64,000 bases of DNA from Chloroflexota bacterium. GTDB lineage: Bacteria > Chloroflexota > Dehalococcoidia > UBA2979. Of the stretch, positions 9,749 through 20,143 are shown piece by piece; the stretch's first letter is position 1, and the number at the start of each line of letters is the position of its first letter. The notes under the pieces are model-generated. The model was not told where the DNA came from, made no database searches, and saw only the letters and a list, made by a program, of their open reading frames with translations. The DNA is taken from the NCBI GenBank assembly GCA_027593235.1, contig JAQCIU010000009.1, forward strand, positions 32,001 through 96,000, given 5' to 3'. The position numbers were made by a program, and so were the translations under genes.

Positions 9749-12229
9749 CTACCGCCCGCGCGCCCGCGCGAGCGCTTCCTCGCTGAACGTCGTGCCGACG
9801 TAGCCAGCGTCGACCAGCGCCTGGATCCGCGCGTCGTCCCATCCGAGGAGTTCGCGGTACACGTAGTCGTTGTCCGACCCCAGCTTCGGTGGCGGCCGCC
9901 GCGCGGGCATCGAGGTCGCGCGCAGCTTGAACAGCCGCCCCGGGTAGTCGGCCGTCCCGAGGTCATCGCGGGTGATCGGCTCGTACCAGTCGCGCGCCCG
10001 GAGCTGTCGGCAGCCGAACGCGTCGCAGTCGTCCTGCACCGGTCCGGCCGGCACGCCGGCCGCGACGAGCGCCTCGAACAGCTCCTCGCGGTTCCGCCCC
10101 ACCGTCACCGCCTTGATCGCTCGATCCACCTCGCGCCGTCGCGGCCAGCGGCCCGCGGCAGTGCCGAGCGACTCGTCCGAGGCGAGGTCGGTCAGTTCGA
10201 GGACGTCGCACAGCGCGCGCCATTGCGCGTCGGTCTGCACGTCGATCGCGATCCAGCGGTCGTCACCCGTGCAGCGGTAGGCGTTGTGCGGTGCGCGGCT
10301 GCGGTGGTCGTTCGCGACCGACTCGCGGACGCGGTCGTTCATCTGCTGGTCCAGGTACTCGACGCCCATGAGCTGCATAAACGCCTCGGCCTGCGGCACC
10401 TCGACCTGTTGGCCCTCGCCGGTGCGGGCGCGGTGCCGCAGCGCGGCCATCGTCGCGAACGCCGCGGTCAGCCCGGCGACCGAGTCACAGGCGTAGGTCT
10501 CGCCGGCCATGTCCGGCGTGCCGTCCGGGTAGCCGCGCAGGATCAGGTGCCCGGCCATCGCCTCCAGGTGGTTGCCCCAGCAGCGCCAGTTCCGGTAGTC
10601 GCCCGTCAGCCCGAGGCCCGGCATCCGCACGTAGATCAGCCGCGGATTGATCGCGCTCAGGACCTCCCAGCTGAGGCCAATCCGATCGATCGTCTCCGGG
10701 ACGTTGTTCTCGACGATCACGTCCGCGGTCTTCACCAGCTCGAGAAACGCCTCGCGGCCCTCGGCCGTCCGCACGTCCCCCGTGAACGATCGCTTGTCGA
10801 GGCTCGAACAGTTGAAGTTCACCGCGCGGTTCCACGGCGGGTCGTTCGGATCACCCGCCAGCCAGCCCGGGTTGTTCGTGTTGATCGGCCGGGTCTGCGG
10901 TTGAACCGTATTGATCGGCTCCATCTTGATTACCTCGGCGCCCCACTCCGCGAGGAGCTGCGCGGCAAAGGGGCCGGCCCAGACCACCGCCATATCGAGG
11001 ACGCGAATCCCCTGCAGTGGCAGCTCGCGCCACCCCGACGGCGCGGCCACCGGCGCCTCCCCCGAACGTTCGAGGTCCATGAGTTCCCGCAGCACCTCGT
11101 CGCGGTGCTCGTCGAGGAGCGGCGCGCGTTTCGCCTCCGGGCGCGGTGACGCCGACAGGATCGCCGGCCGCCCGTGGTAATCGAGGGCGCCCGCGACCGG
11201 GTGCTCGATCCGCTCCCAGACGCCGCGCGCGCGGAAGGTGGGGTCGGCCAGCGTGTCGGCGACGGTGTAGACCATCCCGCCAAGCACGCGGTGCTCCTGC
11301 GCGATCCGCACCGCGTCGCGCATCTCGTGCTGCAACGACCACCCGAGATACGCCGCCTCGATCTCCTCGACGAGGTCGATCGGCACCTCGTGCGCCGCAC
11401 CGCCGATCTCGGGACGTTCGGCGAGGTCGGGACGGCCGACCATCTTCAGCATCGCGTTCAGCCGGTCGAAGCCAAGCAGGTTGATAAACCCGTCCTGACA
11501 GGGCTTCACCCCGGTCGCGATCGCGAACGCCGCCGGACGGCGTTCGGCGATGTATCCCGTGTACGCGTGCCCCAGGATGTTGAGCTGGCGGCGGTCCTTG
11601 CCGCCCGCCTGCGTCTCGTAGATCGAGAGATCGATCGCGTCGCCACCGCCGCCCGCCTCCGCGCGGAAGGCAGCGAGCAAGACGGCGAACGCTGCCGTCA
11701 GCCCGGCATGCGAGAGCGCGAAGTCGCCACCGAGGCGCAGCGGTTCTCGCTCCGCGTGGCCGGTGGCGTACATCGCCCCGCCCATCGCCTGCAGCACGAG
11801 GTCGCTCTCCGGGAGCTGCGCATACGGCCCGTCCTGCCCGAACGGCGTGATCGAACAGACGACCAGCGCCGGCCGCTCCCGCCGCAACGCCTCGAGGTCC
11901 AGCCCCAGCTCCGCGAGCCGTCCGGGCGCCAGGTCCTCGACGACGATGTCGCTCACCCGAGCGAGCCGCGTCGCCAGCTCGATGCCCTCGAGAGTTTCGA
12001 GGTCAGCGACGACGCTGCGCTTGTTCGTGTTGCGCAGCAGGAACGACGCGCTGGCCTCGGGGTTCGGTTCGTCGCCCGGGAACGGGCCGTCGCGACGCGA
12101 ACGGTCGCCACCGGACGGCTCCAGCTTCGTCACGATCGCGCCAAAGTCGGCAAGCAGCTTTGTCGCGTGCGGACCGGCAACGCCCTGCGTCAGATCAAGG
12201 ACACGCAACCCCTCCAGCGGTGCAACCAC
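9749..12229 (-). CDS. Two-domain family III CoA-transferase (CaiB/BaiF)
   Basis: Two LxGxRVLD...AGP...LAxxGAxVxKxEP repeats. Confidence 0.92.
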   Translation of the reverse strand: MVAPLEGLRVLDLTQGVAGPHATKLLADFGAIVTKLEPSGGDRSRRDGPFPGDEPNPEASASFLLRNTNKRSVVADLETLEGIELATRLARVSDIVVEDLAPGRLAELGLDLEALRRERPALVVCSITPFGQDGPYAQLPESDLVLQAMGGAMYATGHAEREPLRLGGDFALSHAGLTAAFAVLLAAFRAEAGGGGDAIDLSIYETQAGGKDRRQLNILGHAYTGYIAERRPAAFAIATGVKPCQDGFINLLGFDRLNAMLKMVGRPDLAERPEIGGAAHEVPIDLVEEIEAAYLGWSLQHEMRDAVRIAQEHRVLGGMVYTVADTLADPTFRARGVWERIEHPVAGALDYHGRPAILSASPRPEAKRAPLLDEHRDEVLRELMDLERSGEAPVAAPSGWRELPLQGIRVLDMAVVWAGPFAAQLLAEWGAEVIKMEPINTVQPQTRPINTNNPGWLAGDPNDPPWNRAVNFNCSSLDKRSFTGDVRTAEGREAFLELVKTADVIVENNVPETIDRIGLSWEVLSAINPRLIYVRMPGLGLTGDYRNWRCWGNHLEAMAGHLILRGYPDGTPDMAGETYACDSVAGLTAAFATMAALRHRARTGEGQQVEVPQAEAFMQLMGVEYLDQQMNDRVRESVANDHRSRAPHNAYRCTGDDRWIAIDVQTDAQWRALCDVLELTDLASDESLGTAAGRWPRRREVDRAIKAVTVGRNREELFEALVAAGVPAGPVQDDCDAFGCRQLRARDWYEPITRDDLGTADYPGRLFKLRATSMPARRPPPKLGSDNDYVYRELLGWDDARIQALVDAGYVGTTFSEEALARARGR

Positions 12230-12238
12230 CGAGGCGGG

Positions 12239-12660
12239 CTAGCCGCGTGGCTGGCTGCGCGGACCAAACGGCTCCGGACGGAACGGATCGTCCCGTGCCT
12301 TCAGGAACGCCCCGAACCCACCCTCGGCCTGCGCCTTGTCCAGGTGCTCCGTGTCGGGACCGTCGTTCTCCGCCTCGACGATCGCGGAGATCACGCCGTT
12401 CATGTTAAGCGCGGAACGCAGCCCCATCGCCTCGAGACCGTAGGTGGTGATCGCCTTGTTCAGCCGCACCGACTCCGCCGGCACCTTCGCCAGCCGCAGC
12501 GCCAGCTCGCGCGCGCGCTCCATCAAATGATCGTGCGGCACCACCTCGTTGATCGCACCGATCCGCAGCGCCTCGGCCGCGTCGAAGTGATCGCCGGTCA
12601 GCGCGTAGCGGTGCGCGTTCTTCCAGCCGCAGAGAATCGCGAACAGCGGCGCCAGCGCCG
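12239..12660 (-). pseudogene. Enoyl-CoA hydratase/isomerase, C-terminal half only
   Basis: ALTGDHFDAAEALRIGAINEVV is the crotonase C-terminal motif. The N-terminal oxyanion/GGG motifs and a credible start are absent. Confidence 0.8.
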
Positions 12661-14450
12661 CCGGCGCGGGTCTCGCCGGCGCGGTACTGATCGGCTGTGG
12701 CGGAGACGACGATCCGGCCGACGGCGGAGGCGGTAGCGGCGGCGGCGGCAGCAGTGCCACCGCGGCACCAACCTCAGCAGGCAGCGGAGGACCCGCTCCC
12801 GCCGATCAGGTGCGTATCGCCCCGGGCATCTACAACGAGCCCGTGGCCGCAACCGCCGCGGAACTGGATCCCGCGAACAACGCCAAGTACGGCGGCACGT
12901 TGCTCACCCGCTACCTGGATCCGCCGCGGATGGACCTGAACCGCACCATCTCCTGAACGATCTATCACACGCTCAACTACACCAATAACAAGCTGCTCCG
13001 AGGCAAGACCGGTGCTTCTGCTGACCCGTTCAACGTGGAAATCGAGCCGGACCTCGCCGAGTCATGGGAAGCCGTCAGCGACGCGAACGATGAGTTCGTC
13101 TTCCATCTCCGCAAGGGCGTCTTGACGCACGAGAAGGAGCCCGTCAACGGTCGCGAGTTCACCTCGGAGGACGTCGTCGCGACACTCGAGCTGATGAGAG
13201 CCGGTGGCACGCAGAAGGACGTCATGTCCGCGGTCACCTCCATTGCGGCCCCCGATCCGTACACCGTTCAGATCAAACTCGGCCAGTCACTCGCGGACTT
13301 CCCCACCACCCTCGCGTCGTGGGGCTTCATGTACGTCAAGGAACTCGCCGAGAACGAAGACCTCCGCCAGGAAGTCGCCGTCGGAACCGGCCCCTTCATT
13401 CAGGAGGAGTGGTCCCGAGGCGAGCGCAGCGTCTTCAAGAAGAACCCCAACTACTTCGAGGACGGTCTCCCCTACCTCGACGAGATCATCGCGATCGCCC
13501 AGAACGACGCGAACGCGCTGCGCGCCGCGTTCCAGACGGACAACATCTTCGAGTGGGCGCCGCGCGATCAGCCAGACCTCGAGGACATGGCGAAGACCAA
13601 GGACGACATGGTCGCCTCGATCTTCCCACGCTCCCGTGGCGCGAACGTCAACGGCTTCCAGTTCCAGATGAAGAACCCCACCTTCCAGGACGAGCGGGTG
13701 CGCCGCGCCCTCTCGCTGGCGTTCGACCGTGTCGAGTACGACCTCGCCCGAAACTCCGGCGACAACCAGAACCCGGAGGGCCCGTACTCCAACGCACCGA
13801 TGCCATGGCCGCAGCTCTTCGACGAGTACCCTACGGCCGCCGCCAACGGCCCCTGGTACCGATTCGAACCCGCCGAGGCATCCAAGCTCATGAACGCCGC
13901 CGGCTACACCGCCGACGCTCCGCTTGAGATGGAGATGCCTTCGTTCTACTACCGGGTCGAACTGGCGGAACTGGTGGTCCCCGGAATCGTCAGCGAACTG
14001 CCCGAGGTGAAGATCGCCTTCCGCGAGGTCGACAACCCGACTCACGTCACACTGATGTCGGACCGCAACTTCGACGACTCGATCGGCTTCCTCTGGGGTC
14101 CCGGCGGGTTCTCCATGGACCAGTGGGTCTACCCGTTCTACCACTCCACTGGTGGTACGAATTACGGCAGCATCAACGACCAGACACTGGACGCGCTCCT
14201 CGAGAAGAACCGCGCCACCACCGATCTTGAGGATCAGAAGGTCATCTGGAAGGACATCTTCGATCGCATCCACGATCAGGTGTACCAGGCGTGGTTCCCA
14301 GAACCACTCGTCCGCACCGCCTGGCCCAACTACGTGATGAACTACCGCTACCACGGCTTGATGGGCAGCTACGTCTGCTACGTAAGCGACCAGGCACGAT
14401 CGATCTGGCTTGACGACGGTGCCCCAGGCATCACCAACGTCAACCGGTAG
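12651..14450 (+). pseudogene. ABC transporter family 5 substrate-binding lipoprotein, 5'-truncated, with an in-frame TGA at 12954-12956
   Basis: Frame reads AGAGLAGAVLIGC-GGDDD...KYGGTL...DLNRTIS*TIYHTLNY...IEPDLAESWE...GTGPF...FQDERVRRALSLAFDR. No start codon or TAT motif precedes the lipobox. Confidence 0.82.
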
Positions 14451-14467
14451 ATCGGCACCCGAGGGAC

Positions 14468-14495
14468 CGGGCACACCGCCTTGGCGGTGTGCCCG
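14468..14495 (+). terminator. Strong hairpin, probable terminator
   Basis: CGGGCACACCGC-CTTG-GCGGTGTGCCCG, a perfect 12-bp stem just after the SBP stop; no U-tract. Confidence 0.6.
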
Positions 14496-14524
14496 CCTCG
14501 CGAGCTCCAGAGGGAGGTGAGCAA

Positions 14525-14818
14525 GTGCAGGCACCCGAGGATCCCCGCTGCGATCAGGCAGTCACCGCCGAGGGCTATGGAGACGACTGTTGCGGCCCCC
14601 AGGCCGCCTGTGGAAAGCCTGCCGGTTGGCTACACGCTGAGTCAGGCCTCTCACTCTGCGACGAACACGAAACGAACGCCCGCAAGTACAGCTACAACAG
14701 CGGCACATGGCGCGTCGGCGACGTGGCAGTCTCCTACCCCGACGGCTGGCGCCGCATCGAGGGCAATCGGGTTACCGAGAATCCGCCAGCGCTGGAGGTC
14801 GTTCACATCGAGCGCTAA
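14525..14818 (+). CDS. Small Cys-rich hypothetical protein
   Basis: GGAGGTGAG RBS before GTG 14525; C-x12-CC-x5-C and C-x2-H pattern. Confidence 0.65.
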   Translation: MQAPEDPRCDQAVTAEGYGDDCCGPQAACGKPAGWLHAESGLSLCDEHETNARKYSYNSGTWRVGDVAVSYPDGWRRIEGNRVTENPPALEVVHIER

Positions 14819-14834
14819 CGCGCATCGACCCGGA

Positions 14835-15614
14835 CTAGAAGCGCGTGTACCCGCCGTCGATCACAAATTGATCGCCCGTGTGATAGGCGCTCGCGTCGCT
14901 CATCAGGTAGACCGCCAGCCCACCGAAGTCCGCGCCCGTCCCCCAGCGTCGCTCCGGAATGCGCTTCTTCACCGCGCCCTCGAACACCGCGCTGCCAAAC
15001 GAGCGCTCCGTCATCGGCGTCTCGATCCAGCCCGGGATGATCGAGTTCGCCGTCACCCCGTGACGCGCCAGTTCCACCGCCAACCCCCGCACCATCGACA
15101 GCATCGCGCCCTTGCTCGATGCGTACGGCTCGCTCCGCGGCGCCCCGTGGATCGTCGACACGCTCGAGGTGCCGACCAACCGCCCGCCCTCGCCGCGCTC
15201 GACCATGTGCTTCGCCGCCGCGCGGAACGTCCAGAACACCCCGTCCAGATTCACCCCCAGCACGCGCCGCCACTCTTCGGTCGAGATGTCGATGAACGGC
15301 GTCCCGTTCCCACCAACCCCCGCGTTCGCCAACGCGCCGTCCACCTTGCCGAACTGCTCAACCGTGGCCGCGAACGACGCCTCAACTGCCGCCTCGTCTG
15401 ACACGTCGCAGATCATCGCCGCGGCCTTCGCGCCGGTCGCCTGGAGCTGCGCCAGCGCCACCTCGTTCTTCGCCGGGTTGGTACCCCAGATACAGACGGC
15501 CGCGCCCGCCTCTGCTAGCGCCTGCGCCATCCCGAGGCCGATCCCACTGTTGCCGCCGGTCACCAGCGCAACCTTCCCGCTGAGGTTCATCGGTTCGTAG
15601 GCCATCGTGCTCAT
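14835..15614 (-). CDS. SDR family oxidoreductase
   Basis: TGGNSGIG, NAG and YASSK motifs. Confidence 0.93.
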   Translation of the reverse strand: MSTMAYEPMNLSGKVALVTGGNSGIGLGMAQALAEAGAAVCIWGTNPAKNEVALAQLQATGAKAAAMICDVSDEAAVEASFAATVEQFGKVDGALANAGVGGNGTPFIDISTEEWRRVLGVNLDGVFWTFRAAAKHMVERGEGGRLVGTSSVSTIHGAPRSEPYASSKGAMLSMVRGLAVELARHGVTANSIIPGWIETPMTERSFGSAVFEGAVKKRIPERRWGTGADFGGLAVYLMSDASAYHTGDQFVIDGGYTRF

Positions 15615-15751
15615 CTCCTCTGGGTCGGATCGGTCGATGTCTCGTCGCCCGGAATCCTACCGGAGTTGCCGTTCAGGCGACCGCCGTGCGATCTCTATGA
15701 GCAGACGCGCCCACGATCCGCGCGCCTGCCGCCGTACGAGAAAGGCACCCG

Positions 15752-16606
15752 ATGAGCGCAACCGTCGAACGCCAACTGCGCTCCTACATGGCCGAAGCCG
15801 CCAACCCCGATCAACCGAACGTCATCCACTCCACCGTCGGCGCGCAGGCGTTCGGCTTCCCCGACGCCCTCGTCCCCGGCTCGATCGTCTACGGCTCGAT
15901 CGTCTACGGCTGGTGCACACCCGCCATCCTCGAAGCCCTCGGCCCGGCGTGGCTTCACGAGGGTTGGGCCGACGTCCGCTTCCGCCGCCCCGTCCACCCC
16001 GACGATCTGCTCACCGTCCGTCTCGACCCCGTCGGCGACGACGCCTGGTCCCTCGAGGTCCTGCGTGACGCCGAGGAACTCGCGCTCGTCGGCACCCTCG
16101 GCCGCGGCATCCGCGGCGACCTCATCGACGGCTTCCACGAATCGCCTCGCGTGCCCGCGATCCCCGTCCCCGATCCCCCGCCCGTCCTCACCCCGGAGAA
16201 CATCCAGTTCGGCATCCAACTCCCGACCTACCGGACCGCACTCCCCTGGCCGGCTGTTCCGCCGAACGAGGCCTCACCGCGCCAACGGCTCGCCGGCGTC
16301 CTCCTCGATGGGACCGCGTACGCCAATCCCGCCGGCGTCTCCGGGCGCATGAGCTGGTACGGCCACACCTCATACGACTACGCCGGCCCCTCGATCCACA
16401 CGCGCACCCAGGCGCAGCACTTCGCCCCCGCGCACGTCGATGAGCCCCTCGACATCGCCGCGTTCATCCAGGACGGCTACGCGCGCAACGGCCACCACTA
16501 CATCGTCTACGACGGCACCGTCCGCAACGCCGCAGGCGACACGCTCGCACACGTCCGCCACACGGTTATCTACCGCGTCGCGACCCGCTCGGAGGACGCA
16601 AGCTAG
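15752..16606 (+). CDS. MaoC-like double hotdog-fold dehydratase
   Basis: NVIHS...AQAFGFPDALVPG and VRFRRPVHPDD motifs. Confidence 0.75.
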   Translation: MSATVERQLRSYMAEAANPDQPNVIHSTVGAQAFGFPDALVPGSIVYGSIVYGWCTPAILEALGPAWLHEGWADVRFRRPVHPDDLLTVRLDPVGDDAWSLEVLRDAEELALVGTLGRGIRGDLIDGFHESPRVPAIPVPDPPPVLTPENIQFGIQLPTYRTALPWPAVPPNEASPRQRLAGVLLDGTAYANPAGVSGRMSWYGHTSYDYAGPSIHTRTQAQHFAPAHVDEPLDIAAFIQDGYARNGHHYIVYDGTVRNAAGDTLAHVRHTVIYRVATRSEDAS

Positions 16607-18012
16607 CCCCGAGGATCGACCGGGCTCGGCGGCGTCCCGCCGCGCTCGATCGCCGCGCCGGCGCGCAGCAAGCGCGCCTCGTGGTGCCGCCCTGCCACAA
16701 GCTGAACACCCACCGGTGACGGACCGAGCGGCGTGTCGACTATGCCCGTACTCACCGTCAGCCCCGGCAAACCCATGAACGGGAATGCGATCTGCAGCAG
16801 TTGCGCTTCCATCACCCGCTCGAACGCCGCGCCTGATTCGAACATCAGCAGATCCGGGAACGGCAGCTCCGAGGACACCGGGCACAGCAGGACCGGATAC
16901 TCCTCAAGGAACAGTCGCCACTGACGTGTCAGCGTCGCCTGCACCCGCAGCGTCTCCATCATCTGATCGAGGTTGGGAGCCGGACAGCGCGCCTCCATGT
17001 GCGCGATTGCGAAGTTCGCGTCCGGATCGTCCTCGCGTGCAAACGCGCCATAGTCGCCCTGCCGGTACTGCCCCAGCCAGAGCCGCGCCTGGTGCTCCCC
17101 CGCCAGCCGGATCGGCGGCGTCTCCACCTCCTCCACCGTCCAGCCGTCAGCCTCCAGCCGGCGCGCGGCGTCGCGCACCGCCGCCTCGACCTCCGGCGCA
17201 ACATCGAGGCCTTCCGGCGCGACGCACATCGCGGCGCGCTTCGGACCCAGTGGAAGCTCCACCGGCACCGCCGCGTAGCAGGGGTCGCGCAGGTTCTCGG
17301 CGGACATCGCTTCGAGGCCAAGTCGTAGATCCTCGATCGTCCGCGCGATCGGCCCCGCGACCGCCATCAACTGACCACCGATATTCCGGTCGCCGCCAGA
17401 AGCGTTGTGCTGAGGCACCCGACCGAGGGACGGGCGCAGGCCATGGATCCCACACGCATACGCCGGATAGCGCACCGACCCGGCGATGTCCGTGCCCTGA
17501 CCGATCGCCCCAATCCCCGCCGCCACCGCCGCGGCCGCCCCGCCCGACGATCCCCCCGGTGTGAGCGCCGGATTCCGAGGATTGCGCGTGTGGCCGTGGA
17601 CTCGGTTCCGCGTGAACCAGTGCAGCGAGAACGCCGGGGTATTGGTCCGGCCGACGATCACCGCGCCCGCCTTGCGGAAGTTCGAGACCACGGGGCTGTC
17701 GACCTGAGCGACGTTGTCCCGCTGGATCAGCAGGCCACCCGTCGTCGCATGCCCCGCCTGATCCGTAACCACCTTGATCGTGACCGGCACGCCAGCGAGG
17801 GCGCCCGGATCCTCCCCGCGAGCGATCGTCTCGTCGACGCGTGCCGCCTCGGCCAGCGCCTCCTCGGGGAACTCGTCGACCACCGCCGTGATCGTCGGGT
17901 TCACCGACGCGAGCCGTTCGAGGACCGATCGCGTCACCTCGACTGCGCTGATCTCCCGCGCACGTACGAGGCGTGCGGTCTCCGCCGCTGAGAGCTGCCA
18001 CAGCTCGCTCAT
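16603..18012 (-). CDS. Amidase signature family protein
   Basis: GVPVTIK, PGGSSGG and GTDIAGSVRYPA motifs. Confidence 0.93.
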   Translation of the reverse strand: MSELWQLSAAETARLVRAREISAVEVTRSVLERLASVNPTITAVVDEFPEEALAEAARVDETIARGEDPGALAGVPVTIKVVTDQAGHATTGGLLIQRDNVAQVDSPVVSNFRKAGAVIVGRTNTPAFSLHWFTRNRVHGHTRNPRNPALTPGGSSGGAAAAVAAGIGAIGQGTDIAGSVRYPAYACGIHGLRPSLGRVPQHNASGGDRNIGGQLMAVAGPIARTIEDLRLGLEAMSAENLRDPCYAAVPVELPLGPKRAAMCVAPEGLDVAPEVEAAVRDAARRLEADGWTVEEVETPPIRLAGEHQARLWLGQYRQGDYGAFAREDDPDANFAIAHMEARCPAPNLDQMMETLRVQATLTRQWRLFLEEYPVLLCPVSSELPFPDLLMFESGAAFERVMEAQLLQIAFPFMGLPGLTVSTGIVDTPLGPSPVGVQLVAGRHHEARLLRAGAAIERGGTPPSPVDPRG

Positions 18013-18755
18013 CGCGTCCCCTCGCGACGTGCCTCGACGCGATCGATGAACTCCATCACCCGTGGCGCCACGACATCGACGGCGTCCGCCGCGCCGCCGT
18101 GGTCGGCTCCCGCAACCGCGAAGAACGTCGCGTCGTGGGCCGTGGTCGCCAGCGGCGGCATCTCGCGCGCGGCGTCGTTCGGGTCCTCGCTCCCCGCGAA
18201 CATCAGCACCGGAAGCGCGGTGGTGTGAAGTGCCTGCCAGGCGCCTCGCCAGTCGCGAAGTGCCTCGAAGCTGTGTCGCATCGCGTACGGGAAGTCATCG
18301 AGTGAACGCGCGAACAGCGGGTTCGCACGCACCACCGGATTCGACTCGACCGCCGCCCACTCGACCGCGGGCGCCTTGAGCGGGCTGAAGCCACCGATCG
18401 TCAGCGATCGGAACCGCTGCGGCATGTAGATCGCGATCCCGTAGCCGATCCAGCCGCCCATCGAATAGCCGAGGTAGTGCGCCGTCTCGATCCCCGCGTC
18501 GTGCAACACCGAGGCCACGTCCACCACCCGCGTCCGCAGCTCGTACGCCTCCGGGTCGTCCGGCTTGTCGCTCTTCCCGTGGCCTCGCGAGTCCACGAGG
18601 ACGCACTGGTACTTCGGCGCGAGACGCTCGAGGTACCCGCGGCTCCGCCAGCTCTCCAGGCTCGACAGCAGGCCGTGCTGCAGCACCAGCGGCGGGCCGC
18701 TGCCTTCCAGCTCGTAGTGAATGCGGACACCGTCAGGGGCATTGGCGAATGGCAT
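18009..18755 (-). CDS. Alpha/beta hydrolase
   Basis: HG, DSRGHGKS and GYSMG motifs. Confidence 0.9.
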   Translation of the reverse strand: MPFANAPDGVRIHYELEGSGPPLVLQHGLLSSLESWRSRGYLERLAPKYQCVLVDSRGHGKSDKPDDPEAYELRTRVVDVASVLHDAGIETAHYLGYSMGGWIGYGIAIYMPQRFRSLTIGGFSPLKAPAVEWAAVESNPVVRANPLFARSLDDFPYAMRHSFEALRDWRGAWQALHTTALPVLMFAGSEDPNDAAREMPPLATTAHDATFFAVAGADHGGAADAVDVVAPRVMEFIDRVEARREGTR

Positions 18756-18802
18756 GCGACGCTCCTCGCTGCGGGGCGGATGCTAGCAGCGGAGTCTCGC
18801 GC

Positions 18803-19960
18803 TCAGCGCTGCTCCGTCAGCTCATCTAGCAGCATCGAGGCCCCGATCGTTTCGTAGTGTCGGCGCGACGCGGCGATGTGATGCTTCATCACCTGCAGGT
18901 CGCGGTACGCCCGCTCGATCCGGTTGGCGCGAAAGATCGCTGGCGTCCCAACCGCGTCGTACAGGATCCCGACCGCCCGTCCCGCCTCGTGCACCGTGTG
19001 TGTCAGCGCCAGTCGTGCCTCCCGGTCACGCGCCGCGAAGTCGGGCGCGCCGTTCGAGGCCGCATCCCACGCCGCTCCGACGGCGTCGAACAGGAACGCG
19101 CGCGCCGCCCGCACCACCGCCTCCGCCTCGCCGACGGCAAGCTGTACGTGCGCGCGGTCCCGCAACAACGCTGGCGTCACCTTCGACGCGTTGTACTGGG
19201 CAAGCGTGTGCAGGTCATCCAGCGCCCCACGCGCGATCCCCACCGCGTTGCCCCCGTGCAGGCACCAGCCCCACATCTGGCTGAACGGCAGCCGGTAGCG
19301 CGGGCTCGTCGCGAACGGCCGCTCGTCGTTCCGCATCGTCCGATCGGCGCGTACGAACGCGTCGTCGATCACGAAGTCGTGGCTGCCGGTCCCGCGCATC
19401 CCCATCGTGTCCCAGTGATCGACAATCCGCCCGCTCTCCGGCGGCACGAACAGCACCCGGGTCAGCGGGTCGCCGTGCCCGTCGCGCAGCCGCTCACCCC
19501 CGGGACCATCGAGCACGAACACACCAACCGAGACCCAGTTCGCGTGCACGATCCCGCTCACGAAGTTCCAGTGCCCCGTCGCGCGGTACCCGCCGTCAAC
19601 GGCGTACCCCGTGCCCTGCGGCTGAATCGCGCCCGCCATCCGCAGGTTCTGGTCCTCGGACCGCATCTCCTCGATCGTCCCCGGCGAGAGCCAGCCGAGG
19701 AGCGCCGCCTCGTACGAACTGTTCGTCGCGAGCCAGCCCGCCGATCCGTCCGCACGCCCGATCTGCTCCACGGCCCGTATCGCCGTCAGCGGATCGACGT
19801 CCGACCCGCCGTGCTCGGCGGGCGTCAGCAGCGTGAACAACCCCGCCTCCGCCATCGCATCCGCGATCGCGGCCGGGAGCTGTCGATCCGCCTCGATCTG
19901 ATCGCCGGCGGCACGGATTCGCGGGGCAAGCCGGCGCGCGGCCTCGATGACATCGTCCAT
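18803..19960 (-). CDS. Acyl-CoA dehydrogenase-like flavin-dependent monooxygenase (HsaA/HpaA-like)
   Basis: ADGSAGW, WNFVSG, WDTMGMRGTGSHD and ERAYRD motifs. Confidence 0.88.
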   Translation of the reverse strand: MDDVIEAARRLAPRIRAAGDQIEADRQLPAAIADAMAEAGLFTLLTPAEHGGSDVDPLTAIRAVEQIGRADGSAGWLATNSSYEAALLGWLSPGTIEEMRSEDQNLRMAGAIQPQGTGYAVDGGYRATGHWNFVSGIVHANWVSVGVFVLDGPGGERLRDGHGDPLTRVLFVPPESGRIVDHWDTMGMRGTGSHDFVIDDAFVRADRTMRNDERPFATSPRYRLPFSQMWGWCLHGGNAVGIARGALDDLHTLAQYNASKVTPALLRDRAHVQLAVGEAEAVVRAARAFLFDAVGAAWDAASNGAPDFAARDREARLALTHTVHEAGRAVGILYDAVGTPAIFRANRIERAYRDLQVMKHHIAASRRHYETIGASMLLDELTEQR

Positions 19961-20054
19961 CGCCGGATGATACGAGGCGCCGTCGGACCCGCGTGGGGCC
20001 ACCCACCCCGCGGCGCTGTATCGATCCGGTCATCACTCTCGATATTACAAAGCG

Positions 20055-20076
20055 TATAGTGCGACTCAGGTGAGTC
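20055..20076 (+). promoter_or_regulatory. Possible -10 box with adjacent palindromic operator
   Basis: TATAGT at 20055-20060, then GACTCA-GG-TGAGTC at 20063-20076, in a divergent intergenic region. Confidence 0.4.
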
Positions 20077-20143
20077 TCAGGCTGCGGCGCTGCTCGCAAG
20101 AACGCGAAACGAGCAGCCGCCGGTCGCACATCAGGGGGTCTTT

